A stretch of DNA of 64,000 nucleotides, from NCBI GenBank assembly GCA_002269645.1, contig NIVC01002165.1, positions 156,235-220,234 of the forward strand, written 5' to 3'. Of this stretch, positions 1 through 12,200 are shown piece by piece. The notes below the pieces were generated by a model. The model did no database searches. It was not told the origin of the DNA and saw only the letters and a list, made by a program, of their open reading frames with translations. The position numbers were made by a program, and so were the translations under genes. The first letter of the stretch is position 1. Every line of letters starts with the position of its first letter. Source of the DNA: Macrostomum lignano (lineage: Eukaryota).

Positions 1-228
1 CGCGACGCCGACATTTGGGCCAGCTACGAGCGGCTGTTCCTGCAGTCGCCCAGCTTCCGACGCCGCTTCATCGATGTCAACGGGTTTAGCGGCGCCTATC
101 GACTGCTCAAAGATCTCATAGTCGCATTCGGCCAGGTCGAGTCGCTTTCCTCGGATCAGTTGGCTCTGTTCCAGTCGCTGCTGACGCTCAGTGTGCACTG
201 CTGCGACTATCAGAACTCAGAGTTCCGG
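1..228 (+). CDS. LYST: LYST exon (partial, starts before window)
   Basis: Open frame 1 (RDADIWASYERLFLQSPSFRRRFIDVNGFSGAY...NSEFR) ending at donor CGG|GTGCGT, phase 0. Confidence 0.75.
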
Positions 229-3200
229 GTGCGTCATCCTTGCTTTCCTCAACTGCTTTTCCTCCCCGCCACACACTTAACCTCCCTGCTACCCTTCCTG
301 CCCGTTGAAAGCGTTGCCGTGACAAGAATTGCTAAAGAGTCATTGCAAACAACTCACTAGTGACTCTAGCGACTCTAGAGGCGACGACTCTTGCGACTTT
401 TTAGCGACACAAACGACTGCAATGCGACGGAGAGGCGACTGGTTGAGTCTAGAGCGCATCACGCGAGTTGCAGAATCATAAAAGAGCCGCAAAAAAAGTC
501 GTCCAAGAGCTGTTGTGTTAGCGTTAAACTTTCTACTAACTCAAGTAGACTGAATAGAGTTGTTACGAGTATAAATGCGATTCTGATTGGTAAAGTGACG
601 CAGGTGCGATTTAGACGCAACTCGGTGATTCTACAGCTGTTTCAGAGTCGCAGACAATAAAACGCCTCAAGTTGACTCTTAGCCGACTCTTTGACAACTG
701 TTTGGCGACTTGGCGACTGTGACATATCGTCGTTTTAGAGTCTTTAGAGCCACTTCTTTCCTACTTTACCTGTGTCATCTGCAACGACTCTGGGCCGATG
801 AAAGTGACTCTGGGACGCTTCTTGGTTTGGGTACCATTTTCACCCTCCCTGCTACCCTCCCTGCTACCCTCCCTGCTACCCTCCCTGCTAACCTCCCTGC
901 TACCCTCCCTGATACCCTCCCTGCTACCCTCCCTGATACCCTCCGCTACTCTCCCTGCTACCCTCCCTGCTAACCTCCCTGCTACCCTCCCTGCTACCCT
1001 CTCTGCTACCCTGCCTGCTAACCTCCCTGCTAACCTCCCTGCTACCCTCCCTGATACCCTCCGCTACTCTCCCTGCTACCCTCCCTGCTAACCTCCCTGC
1101 TACCCTCCCTGCTAACCTCCCTGCTACCCTCCCTGATACCCTCCGCTACTCTCCCTGCTACCCTCCCTGCTAACCTCCCTGCTACCCTTCCTGCTACCCT
1201 CCCTGCTACCCTCTCTGCTACCCTCCCCCCTCCCTGATACCCTCCGCTACTCTCCCTGCTACCCTCCCTGTTAACCTCGCTGCTAACCTCGCTGCTACCC
1301 TCTTTGCTACCCTGCCTGCTAACCTCCCTGCTAACCTCCCTGCTACCCTCTTTGCTACCCTGCCTGCTAACCTCCATGCTACCCTCTCTGCTACCCTGCC
1401 TGCTACCCTCCCTGCTAGCCTCCCTGTTACCCTCCGCTACTCTCCCTGCTACCTTTCCTGCTACCCTCCCTGCTAACCTCCCTGCTACCCTCCCTGCTAA
1501 CCTCCTTGCTAACCTCCCTGCTACCCTCCATGCTACCCTCCCTGCTACCCTCCCTGCTACCCTCCCTGCTAACCTCCCTGCTACCCTCTCTGCTACCCTC
1601 CATTAACTTCCTAATCGCAAACTCCATCACCAAAATTGCAGGACTTCTCATCCCAAGTGGTTCTGGATTCTATCCTGATGCTGCTGTTAAAGTGCATGTC
1701 GGAAAACGAGGCCCGAGCGCACAGCATATTTGACTGCGTGCTGAACGCTTGCACTAGCAATGCCTACCTGCTGGCCCAGGGCCGCAACTACAGCTGCATG
1801 CCCGAAACTGTGGAGAAAATGGTGAGCGCCTGCGCTATCGATTTATTTCGACAGGAACAAATGTTCTTTTCTACTTATCATCCAGTAGTCTAATTTGCGT
1901 ATGTTTTATCTTCAATAGCAGAATGATCGCTGAATATAATGATATCAAAGGTCGGAAGCGAAATCTCTAATTGAGCTTAGCTTGGAGGGTTGCTGTCCTC
2001 TTTTCAAGTTTGCTACTTTTTGCTTCTAAAAGAATGTAGTAAATTCTGCTTATAACAATGTCACTGTAATTTTCAAGTGTCGATCTTGTCCTCTAATGAT
2101 TCCAAATTTTCGAATCTAGCTGGGCTTGAAGTGCTTGACCTTAATAATAACAATTGATTACACCTGCCCTAATAGGCAGATGTGCAACCGACAGCTCAGC
2201 CGCAGCTATTGCGCGGCGCATCTGAAGGCTGCATACGGCTGTTCAGTCCAGGGGGGGTCGCCACACACATCCTTAATTACCCCAGCTAATGCTGGCACCC
2301 ATTTTACAACTGGTACCCGTATTGCTCAAGGACACAAATTGTTCTGAGAGGGTCGGGAATCGAACCCCGACCTTCAAGTCGCGAGTCCGACGCTCTGACC
2401 ACTAGGCTGCAATCCCTGCATAATACAAGTACAGTACGCAGTATGCAAAAGAACTGGCCAGGGGTGTTGTCATGCGATGATGTCATGTCATGTCATGTCA
2501 TGTCACCCATGAGGGCCAACTCCAAGGCACAGAGTCTCAGCTCTCCTTCAAGTATTATTAATATTTTAATTAAGTATTGCGTCCTTGGTTACTTGAGCAT
2601 GCTAATGTGGAATTAAGTATTGTTTGCACTTTGGTAACATACCCACCCGGATGGGAAAATTATCCCATATCATCTACTCAGTTCTTGGCTGTTTCCTGTC
2701 ACTCACTGCTTCCTTATCACTATCTTGATTTCCTTTTCCCAATGCTCTCCAGTATTCTTATCGTATCCTCTCTAGTCAGCCCGCAACAACTCTCAATATG
2801 GCAATGCGTAATTGCCCTTCAGAAGTCCCAATCTATTAGTCTGATGCTTCTGTTTGAATAATCTTCGAGTCGTTTGTCTGCGTGTGCATCCATTATAGTT
2901 GTCCTATTACTTCCTGCATCATCATCTTTGAGTACCTTCTATCTTTGTTGCTGAGTAGGACTCAGTTTGAGCCTACATCTCGACTCGACCTGCGGCTCCA
3001 TCTCTGTTCCAGCAAATTATCCTCGAATTTTCCAACCGTTAAGTTTTACCTATCACAACTCCAGACCTCCACAACCCTTAAACTCCACAACCCAAGCTCC
3101 ACAACCCACAAACTCCACAACCCACGAACTCTACAACCCACAAACTCCACAACCCACAAACTCCACAACCCCAAAACTCCACAACCCACAAACTCCACAA

Positions 3201-6200
3201 CCCACAAACTCCACAACCCACAAACTCCACAACCCACAAACTCCACAACCCCCAGACTCCACAACCCACAAACTCCACAACCCTCAGACTCCACAGCCCA
3301 CAAACTCCAAAACCCACAAACTTCACAACCCACAAACTCCACAGCCCACAAACTCCACAGCCCACAAACTCCAAAACCCACAAACTCCAAAGCCCACAAA
3401 CTCCACAGCCCACAAACTCCACAGCCCACAAACTCCACAACCCACGAACTCCACAGCCCACAAACTCCACAGCCCACAAACTCCACAGCCCACAAACTCC
3501 ACAGCCCACAAACTCCACAACCCACGAACTCCACAGCCCACAAACTCCACAGCCCACAAACTCCACAGCCCACAAACTCCACAACCCACGAACTCCACAG
3601 GCCACAAACTCCACAGCCCACAAACTCCACAGCCCACGAACTCCACAGCCCACAAACTTCGCAACCCAAAATTTTCTCAGCTGTACTTCTTGTACTCGGA
3701 AGTCGCCTGCGGCGCCGAAAGCTCCGATGCCAGAATCGCGGCGCCGCACGACGCCATCGCCGGCGCGAGGAACAGCCTGTCGGAAAGCGGCGAAGCTGAT
3801 GATGAAGAATATCTGGCCGATCGCGACAGCAGCACCAGCAGCGAAGGCAGCAGAGGCGGCCGCGGCGGCTTTGGCGACGAGTTCAATGGAGTCGACGGTG
3901 GCGGTGAATGCGTCGACTCCGGCGGAGAGTTCGGCGGCAGCGGCAACGGCTGGCGGCCGAGGCGCGGTCGTGACGGCGGTGATACGACGGTCAGTCCGGC
4001 TGTGGTGCGCCTGGCCATCCGGTTGTTGTTTGGCCTGGGGCCGGAGCGCGTAGCCCTGCAAGAGGCGGCCGCCTGCGGCCTCCTGCAGATGCTCAAATTG
4101 TCGCCCTCTAGTGCTGCTCGATTGGCTGCTGAGGTCTGTTGAGTAGGAAGGGTAGTTGCTGAGTAGGATAAGTAGTTGCTGAGTAGGATGAATAGTTGCT
4201 GAGTAGGAAGGGTAGTTTCTGAGTATGATGAGTAGTTGCTGAGCAGGAAGAGTAGTTGCTGAGTGTGATGAGTAGTTGCTGAGTAGGATGAGTAGTTTCT
4301 GAGTAGGAAGGGTAGTTGCTGAGTAGGATGAGTAGTTGCTGAGTAGGATGAGTAGTTGCTGAGTAGGATGAGTAGTTGCTGAGTGGGATGAGTAGTTGCT
4401 GAGTAGAATGAGTAGTTGCTGAGTGGGATGAGTAGTTGCTGAGTGTGATTAGTAGTTGCTGAGTGTGATGAGTAGTTTCTAAATGGGATAAGTAGTTGCT
4501 GAGTGGTTTGGCTAGTTGGTTGCCGAAGAATATATATGGGGCACCTGAGTAGTATTACATGTGAATGTAAGATCGCAGCGCTCTGCAGTTTATTAACACT
4601 GCAAATGGCTTGCTTCCACAGGACATTCTAGACACCCTGCTAGCCGCTGGTGCCAGCATCCTAACCAGCGACCACAGCGACAGCCCGACAGGCGCCAAGC
4701 TGCAGCAGCACGCGCTGGCTATCGTGGAGCTGCTGGGGGCCTGCCGGCTGACCAGCAACCAGGCTGAGAGCCTCCTGCAGATGGCTCGGGCAGACGGACT
4801 GACGCCCGCCTGTCGAGTGAGTGTTTGAAAATACTTAAATCATTGTTTTTAAGGTTTTTATGTAGAATTTTAAAAGTACATTTCATTAAAGTACATTTAA
4901 ATTGAAAAAAGTAATTTTGATGAAAAGTACTTTTGATGAAAAGTATAGCTCTAAGATACAAAAGGAATCTATAAATTGAAGTTTCTTGTAAGTATTTCAT
5001 ATAAGAGTGCACTTCATTCTAAAGTGCATTTCCTATAAAAGTGCACCCGTCATCTCCCGCCTGTTCCTACCACAGTCTGCGCTGTTCCGCACCCTGACCC
5101 AGCTGGCCAAGTCGATGCGGGTGGCTCCGGCCAGTTCGCTGCGATTCCCGATCACTCCGGCCACCCCGGCAGCCGCCGCGGCCGCTGCTGCCGCTGCCGA
5201 CTCGCAAGAGGCCGGCGCCGCCGGTCGGCTAGCGAAGCATCACGCTCTGGGGCTGCCGATCCGGCACGAGCTGGGACACCACGTGTGGCCGGCCAGCACC
5301 CAGTCGGGGTTCACCCTGTCATTCTGGATTCGGCTGGCCAGCCGCGGCGGCTGGCGGGCTCAGAGGCATCTGTACACTAGTGAGTAGTTTGCCTTGTGCC
5401 ATCTGTACACTAGTGAGTAGTTTGCCTTGTGCCATCTGTACACTAGTGAGTAGTTTGCCTTGTGCCATCTGTACACTAGTAAGTAGTTTGCCTTGTGCCA
5501 TCTGTACACTAGTGAGTAGTTTGCCTTGTGCCATCTGTACACTAGTGAGTAGTTTGCCTTGTGCCATCTGTACACTAGTGAGTAGTTTGCCTTGTGCCAT
5601 CTGTACACTAGTGAGTAGTTTGCCTTGTGCCATCTGTACACTAGTGAGTAGTTTGCCTTGTGCCATCTGTACACTAGTGAGTAGTTGGCCTTGTGCCATC
5701 TGTACACTAGTGAGTAGTTTGCCTTGTGCCATCTGTACACTAGTGAGTAGTTTGCCTTGTCCCATCTGTACACTAGTGAGTAGTTTGCCTTGTGCCATCT
5801 GTACACTAGTGAGTAGTTTGCCTTGTGCCATCTGTACACTAGTGAGTAGTTTGCCTTGTGCCATCTGTACACTAGTGAGTAGTTTGCCTTGTGCCATCTG
5901 TACACTAGTGAGTAGTTTGCCTTGTGCCATCTGTACACTAGTGAGTAGTTTGCCTTGTGCCATCTGTACACTAGTGAGTAGTTTGGGCCAGATGTGCAGC
6001 CGACAGCTTACACTCGACAACATGTTAAAGTTTCCACTTCCTAAGCCAGCTGAGAACTGAGAGTGACAGCTTTAATCCAACTCCTAGCCATAACTCTCCA
6101 CTGTCTCCTCACCAGCCTAGGCTGTGGCCTTGTGATAGAAATTGCATCTCCGACATTTCATGCCTCCGAGACTTATGTTTAGCAGCCTAACCCTAACCCT

Positions 6201-9200
6201 AACCAGCTCTAACTCTAAGTTTGTCGGAGATATGAATTGTCGGAGATATGAATTGTCGGAGATATGAATTGTCGGAGATATGGAGTGTCGGAGATATGAA
6301 TTGTCGGAGATATGAAGTGTCGGAGATATGGAGTGTCGGAGATATGAAGTGTCGGAGATATAAAGTGTCGGAGATATGAAGTGTCGGAGATATGAAGTGT
6401 GGGAGAGATGAAGTGTCGGAGATATGAAGTGTCGGAGATATGAAGTGTCGGAGATATGAATTGTGGAAGATATGAAGTGTCGGAGAGATGAAGTGTCGGA
6501 GATATGAAGTGTCGGAGATATGGAGTGTCGGAGATGTGAAGTGTCGGAGATATGAAGTGTGGGAGAGATGAAGTGTCGGAGATATGAAGTGTCGGAGAGA
6601 TGAAGTGTCGGAGATATGAAGTGTCGGAGATATAAAGTGTCGGAGATATGAAGTGTCGGAGATATGAAGTGTGGGAGAGATGAAGTGTCGGAGATATGAA
6701 GTGTCGGAGATATGAAGTGTCGGAGATATGAATTGTGGAAGATATGAAGTGTCGGAGAGATGAAGTGTCGGAGATATGAAGTGTCGGAGATATGGAGTGT
6801 CGGAGATGTGAAGTGTCGGAGATATGAAGTGTGGGAGAGATGAAGTGTGGGAGAGATGAAGTGTCGGAGATATGAAGTGTCGGAGATGTGAAGTGTCGGA
6901 GATATGAAGTGTCGGAGATATGAATTGTCGGAGATATGAAGTGTCGGAGATATGAAGTGTCGGAGATATGAATTGTGGAAGATATGAAGTGTCGGAGATA
7001 TGAAGTGTCGGAGATATGAAGTGTGGGAGAAATGAAGTGTCGGAGAGATGAAGTGTCGGAGATATGAAGTGTGGGAGAAATGAAGTGTCGGAGAGATGAA
7101 GTGTCGGAGATATGAAGTGTCGGAGATATGAAGTGTCGGAGATATGAAGTGTCGGAGATATGAAGTGTCGGAGATATGAAGTGTCGGAGATATGAAGTGT
7201 GGGAGAAATGAAGTGTCGGAGAGATGAAATGTCGGAGATATGAAGTGTCGGAGATATGAAGTGTCGGAGATATGAATTGTGGAAGATATGAAGTGTCGGA
7301 GATATGAAGTGTGGGAGAGATGAAGTGTCGGAGATATGAAGTGTCGGAGATATGGAGTGTCGGAGATGTGAAGTGTCGGAGATATGAAGTGTGGGAGAGA
7401 TGAAGTGTCGGAGATATGAAGTGTCGGAGATATGAAGTGTCGGAGATATGAAGTGTCGGAGATGTGAAGTGTCGGAGATATGAAGTGTCGGAGATATGAA
7501 TTGTCGGAGATATGAAGTGTCGGAGATATGAAGTGTCGGAGATATGAATTGTGGAAGATATGAAGTGTCGGAGATATGAAGTGTCGGAGATATGAAGTGT
7601 GGGAGAAATGAAGTGTCGGAGAGATGAAGTGTCGGAGATATGAAGTGTGGGAGAAATGAAGTGTCGGAGAGATGAAGTGTCGGAGATATGAAGTGTCGGA
7701 GATATGAAGTGTGGGAGAAATGAAGTGTCGGAGAGATGAAGTGTCGGAGATATGAATTGTGGAAGATATAAATTGTCGGAGATATGAAGTGTCGGAGATA
7801 TGAAGTGTCGGAGATATGAATTGTGGAAGATATGAAGTGTCGGAGATATGAAGTGTCGGAGATATGAAGTGTCGGAGATATGAAGTGTCGGAGATATGAA
7901 GTGTCGGAGATATGAAGTGTGGGAGAGATGAAGTGTCGGAGATATGAAGTGTCGGAGATATAAAGTGTCGGAGATATAAAGTGTCTGAGATATGAATTGT
8001 GGAAGATATGAAGTGTCGGAGATATGAAGTGTGGGAGAGATGAAGTGTCGGAGATATGAAGTGTCGGAGATATGGAGTGTCGGAGATATGAAGTGTCGGA
8101 GATATGGAGTGTCGGAGATATGAAGTGTCGGAGATATGAAGTGTCGGAGATATGGAGTGTGGAAGATATGAAGTGTCGGAGAGATGAAGTGTCGGAGATA
8201 TGAAGTGTCGGAGATATGAAGTGTCGGAGATATGAAGTGTCGGAGATATGAAGTGTCGGAGATATGAAGTGTCGGAGAGATGAAGTTTCGGAGATATGAA
8301 GTGTCGGAGATATGAATGGAGGCTGGAAGAAATAAGCCCCCCCTCTCGCGTTGAATGTATTTAACACTGATTTAAAGATCAGGAGGGGTTGATAGATATT
8401 GGGAAAATACGTCACGTACAATGACTACATTGCAATCATTTCGATATTAAAGCATCGCGGGAGAAAAAATGCTAAAAATAGCTCGTATATTATATTTTTT
8501 ATCGGCGTGACTTCTGTCTCCCTTCCAGCTTGTCTTATCTTTCGTTTCTGATTGGCTGGTTCATTATTTCTTATCTAAAGGCCTCCAGCGCCAACCCGCT
8601 TTTGGCCCCTGTCCAATCCCAATTTATTCACGGCATAAATTGGGGGCCATAGTCTCGAGATTTCTGCCCCCTGCCTTTTCCAAAATTTATCTGCAATTTC
8701 ACTGCGAATTGACCTTGAATAATGACCTTGAAAAGTTATTTTTAGCACTAGCCTAGCAGCTTAAAGTATTCCCGTTTTAATTTGACTCTGAGGGAAATGA
8801 CTTTGTCAGAGTTTGTGGGCTGCTGCTGATGCTGAAATGGTGAAGATATGAGGTGCTCATTTGTTCGGATTGCAACTTGATGATCAGGAGTTGAGGGGCG
8901 GATGATCAGGAGTTGAGGGGCGGATGATCAGGAGTTTAGGGGCGGATGATCAGGAGTTGAGGGGCGGATGATCAGGAGTTTAGGGGCGGATGATCAGGAG
9001 TTGAGGGTCGGATGATCAGGAGTTGAGGGGCGGATGATCAGGAGTTGAGGGGCGGATGATCAGGAGTTGAGGGCGGATGGTCAGGAGTTGAGGGGCGGAT
9101 GATCAGGAGTTTAGGGGCGGATGATCAGGAGTTGAGGGGCGGATGATCAGGAGTTGAGAGGCGGATGATCAGGAGTTGAGGGGCGGATGATCAGGAGTTT

Positions 9201-12200
9201 AGGGGCGGATGATCAGGAGTTGAGGGCGGATGATCAGGAGTTTAGGGGCGGATGGTCAGGAGTTGAGAGGCGGATGATCAGGAGTTGAGGGCGGATGATC
9301 AGGAGTTGAGGGCGGATGATCAGGAGTTGAGGGGCGGATGATCAGGAGTTGAGGGGCGGATGATCAGGAGTTGAGGGGCGGATGATCAGGAGTTGAGGGC
9401 GGATGATCAGGAGTTGAGGGCGGATGATCAGGAGTTGAGGGGCGGATGATCAGGAGTTGAGGGGCGGATGATCAGGAGTTTAGGGGCGGATGATCAGGAG
9501 TTTAGGGGCGGATGATCAGGAGTTTAGGGGCGGATGATCAGGAGTTTAGGGGCGGATGATCAGGAGTTGAGGGGCGGATGATCAGGAGTTGAGGGGCGGA
9601 TGATCAGGAGTTGAGGGGCGGATGATCAGGAGTTTAGGGGCGGATGATCAGGAGTTGAGAGGCGGATGATCAGGAGTTTAGGGGCGGATGATCAGGAGTT
9701 GAGGGCGGATGATCAGGAGTTGAGGGCGGATGATCAGGAGTTGAGGGGCGGATGATCAGGAGTTGAGGGGCGGATGATCAGGAGTTGAGGGGCGGATGAT
9801 CAGGAGTTGAGGGGCGGATGATCAGGAGTTTAGGGGCGGATGATCAGGAGTTTAGGGGCGGATGATCAGGAGTTGAGGGCGGATGATCAGGAGTTGAGGG
9901 GCGGATGATCAGGAGTTGAGGGGCGGATGATCAGGAGTTGAGGGGCGGATGATCAGGAGTTGAGGGCGGATGATCAGGAGTTGAGGGGCGGATGATCAGG
10001 AGTTTAGGGGCGGATGATCAGGAGTTTAGGGGCGGATGATCAGGAGTTGAGGGCGGATGATCAGGAGTTGAGGGGCGGATGATCAGGAGTTGAGGGGCGG
10101 ATGATCAGGAGTTGAGGGGCGGATGATCAGGAGTTTAGGGGCGGATGGTCAGGAGTTGAGAGGCGGATGATCAGGAGTTGAGGGGCGGATGATCAGGAGT
10201 TTAGGGGCGGATGATCAGGAGTTGAGGGGCGGATGATCAGGAGTTTAGGGGCGGATGATCAGGAGTTGAGGGCGGATGATCAGGAGTTGAGGGGCGGATG
10301 ATCAGGAGTTGAGGGGCGGATGATCAGGAGTTGAGGGGCGGATGATCAGGAGTTTAGGGGCGGATGATCAGGAGTTGAGGGCGGATGATCAGGAGTTGAG
10401 GGGCGGATGGTCAGGAGTTGAGGGGCGGATGATCAGGAGTTGAGGGTCGGATGATCAGGAGTTGAGGGGCGGATGATCAGGAGTTTAGGGGCGGATGATC
10501 AGGAGTTGAGGGCGGATGGTCAGGAGTTGAGGGGCGGATGATCAGGAGTTTAGGGGCGGATGATCAGGAGTTGAGGGGCGGATGATCAGGAGTTGAGAGG
10601 CGGATGATCAGGAGTTGAGGGGCGGATGATCAGGAGTTTAGGGGCGGATGATCAGGAGTTGAGGGCGGATGATCAGGAGTTTAGGGGCGGATGGTCAGGA
10701 GTTGAGAGGCGGATGATCAGGAGTTGAGGGGCGGATGATCAGGAGTTTAGGGGCGGATGATCAGGAGTTGAGGGGCGGATGATCAGGAGTTGAGGGGCGG
10801 ATGATCAGGAGTTGAGGGGCGGATGATCAGGAGTTGAGGGGCGGATGATCAGGAGTTGAGGGCGGATGATCAGGAGTTGAGGGGCGGATGATCAGGAGTT
10901 GAGGGGCGGATGATCAGGAGTTTAGGGGCGGATGATCAGGAGTTGAGGGCGGATGGTCAGGAGTTGAGGGGCGGATGATCAGGAGTTGAGGGGCGGATGA
11001 TCAGGAGTTGAGGGGCGGATGATCAGGAGTTGAGGGCGGATGATCAGGAGTTGAGGGCGGATGATCAGGAGTTGAGGGGCGGATGATCAGGAGTTGAGGG
11101 GCGGATGATCAGGAGTTTAGGGGCGGATGATCAGGAGTTGAGGGCGGATGGTCAGGAGTTGAGGGGCGGATGATCAGGAGTTTAGGGGCGGATGATCAGG
11201 AGTTGAGGGGCGGATGATCAGGAGTTGAGGGGCGGATGATCAGGAGTTTAGGGGCGGATGATCAGGAGTTGAGAGGCGGATGATCAGGAGTTTAGGGGCG
11301 GATGATCAGGAGTTGAGGGCGGATGATCAGGAGTTGAGGGGCGGATGATCAGGAGTTGAGGGGCGGATGATCAGGAGTTTAGGGGCGGATGATCAGGAGT
11401 TGAGGGCGGATGGTCAGGAGTTGAGGGGCGGATGATCAGGAGTTTAGGGGCGGATGATCAGGAGTTGAGGGGCGGATGATCAGGAGTTGAGAGGCGGATG
11501 ATCAGGAGTTGAGGGGCGGATGATCAGGAGTTGAGGGGCGGATGATCAGGAGTTTAGGGGCGGATGATCAGGAGTTGAGAGGCGAATGATCAGGAGTTGA
11601 GGGGCGGATGATCAGGAGTTGAGGGCGGATGATCAGGAGTTGAGGGTCGGATGATCAGGAGTTGAGGGGCGGATGATCAGGAGTTTAGGGGCGGATGATC
11701 AGGAGTTGAGGGCGGATGGTCAGGAGTTGAGGGGCGGATGATCAGGAGTTTAGGGGCGGATGATCAGGAGTTGAGGGGCGGATGATCAGGAGTTGAGGGC
11801 GGATGATCAGGAGTTTAGGGGCGGATGATCAGGAGTTGAGGGCGGATGATCAGGAGTTGAGGGGCGGATGATCAGGAGTTTAGGGGCGGATGATCAGGAG
11901 TTTAGGGGCGGATGATCAGGAGTTTAGGGGCGGATGATCAGGAGTTGAGAGGCGGATGATCAGGAGTTGAGGGGCGGATGATCAGGAGTTGAGGGGCGGA
12001 TGATCAGGAGTTGAGGGGCGGATGATCAGGAGTTGAGGGGCGGATGATCAGGAGTTTAGGGGCGGATGATCAGGAGTTGAGGGCGGATGGTCAGGAGTTG
12101 AGGGGCGGATGATCAGGAGTTGAGGGGCGGATGATCAGGAGTTGAGGGCGGATGATCAGGAGTTGAGGGGCGGATGATCAGGAGTTGAGGGGCGGATGAT

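Noticed and set aside
2340-2412. tRNA gene (also ~32410-32482)
   Set aside because: A/B boxes are present, but the anticodon arm pairs poorly, the two copies have different anticodon triplets, and both continue into a shared SINE body
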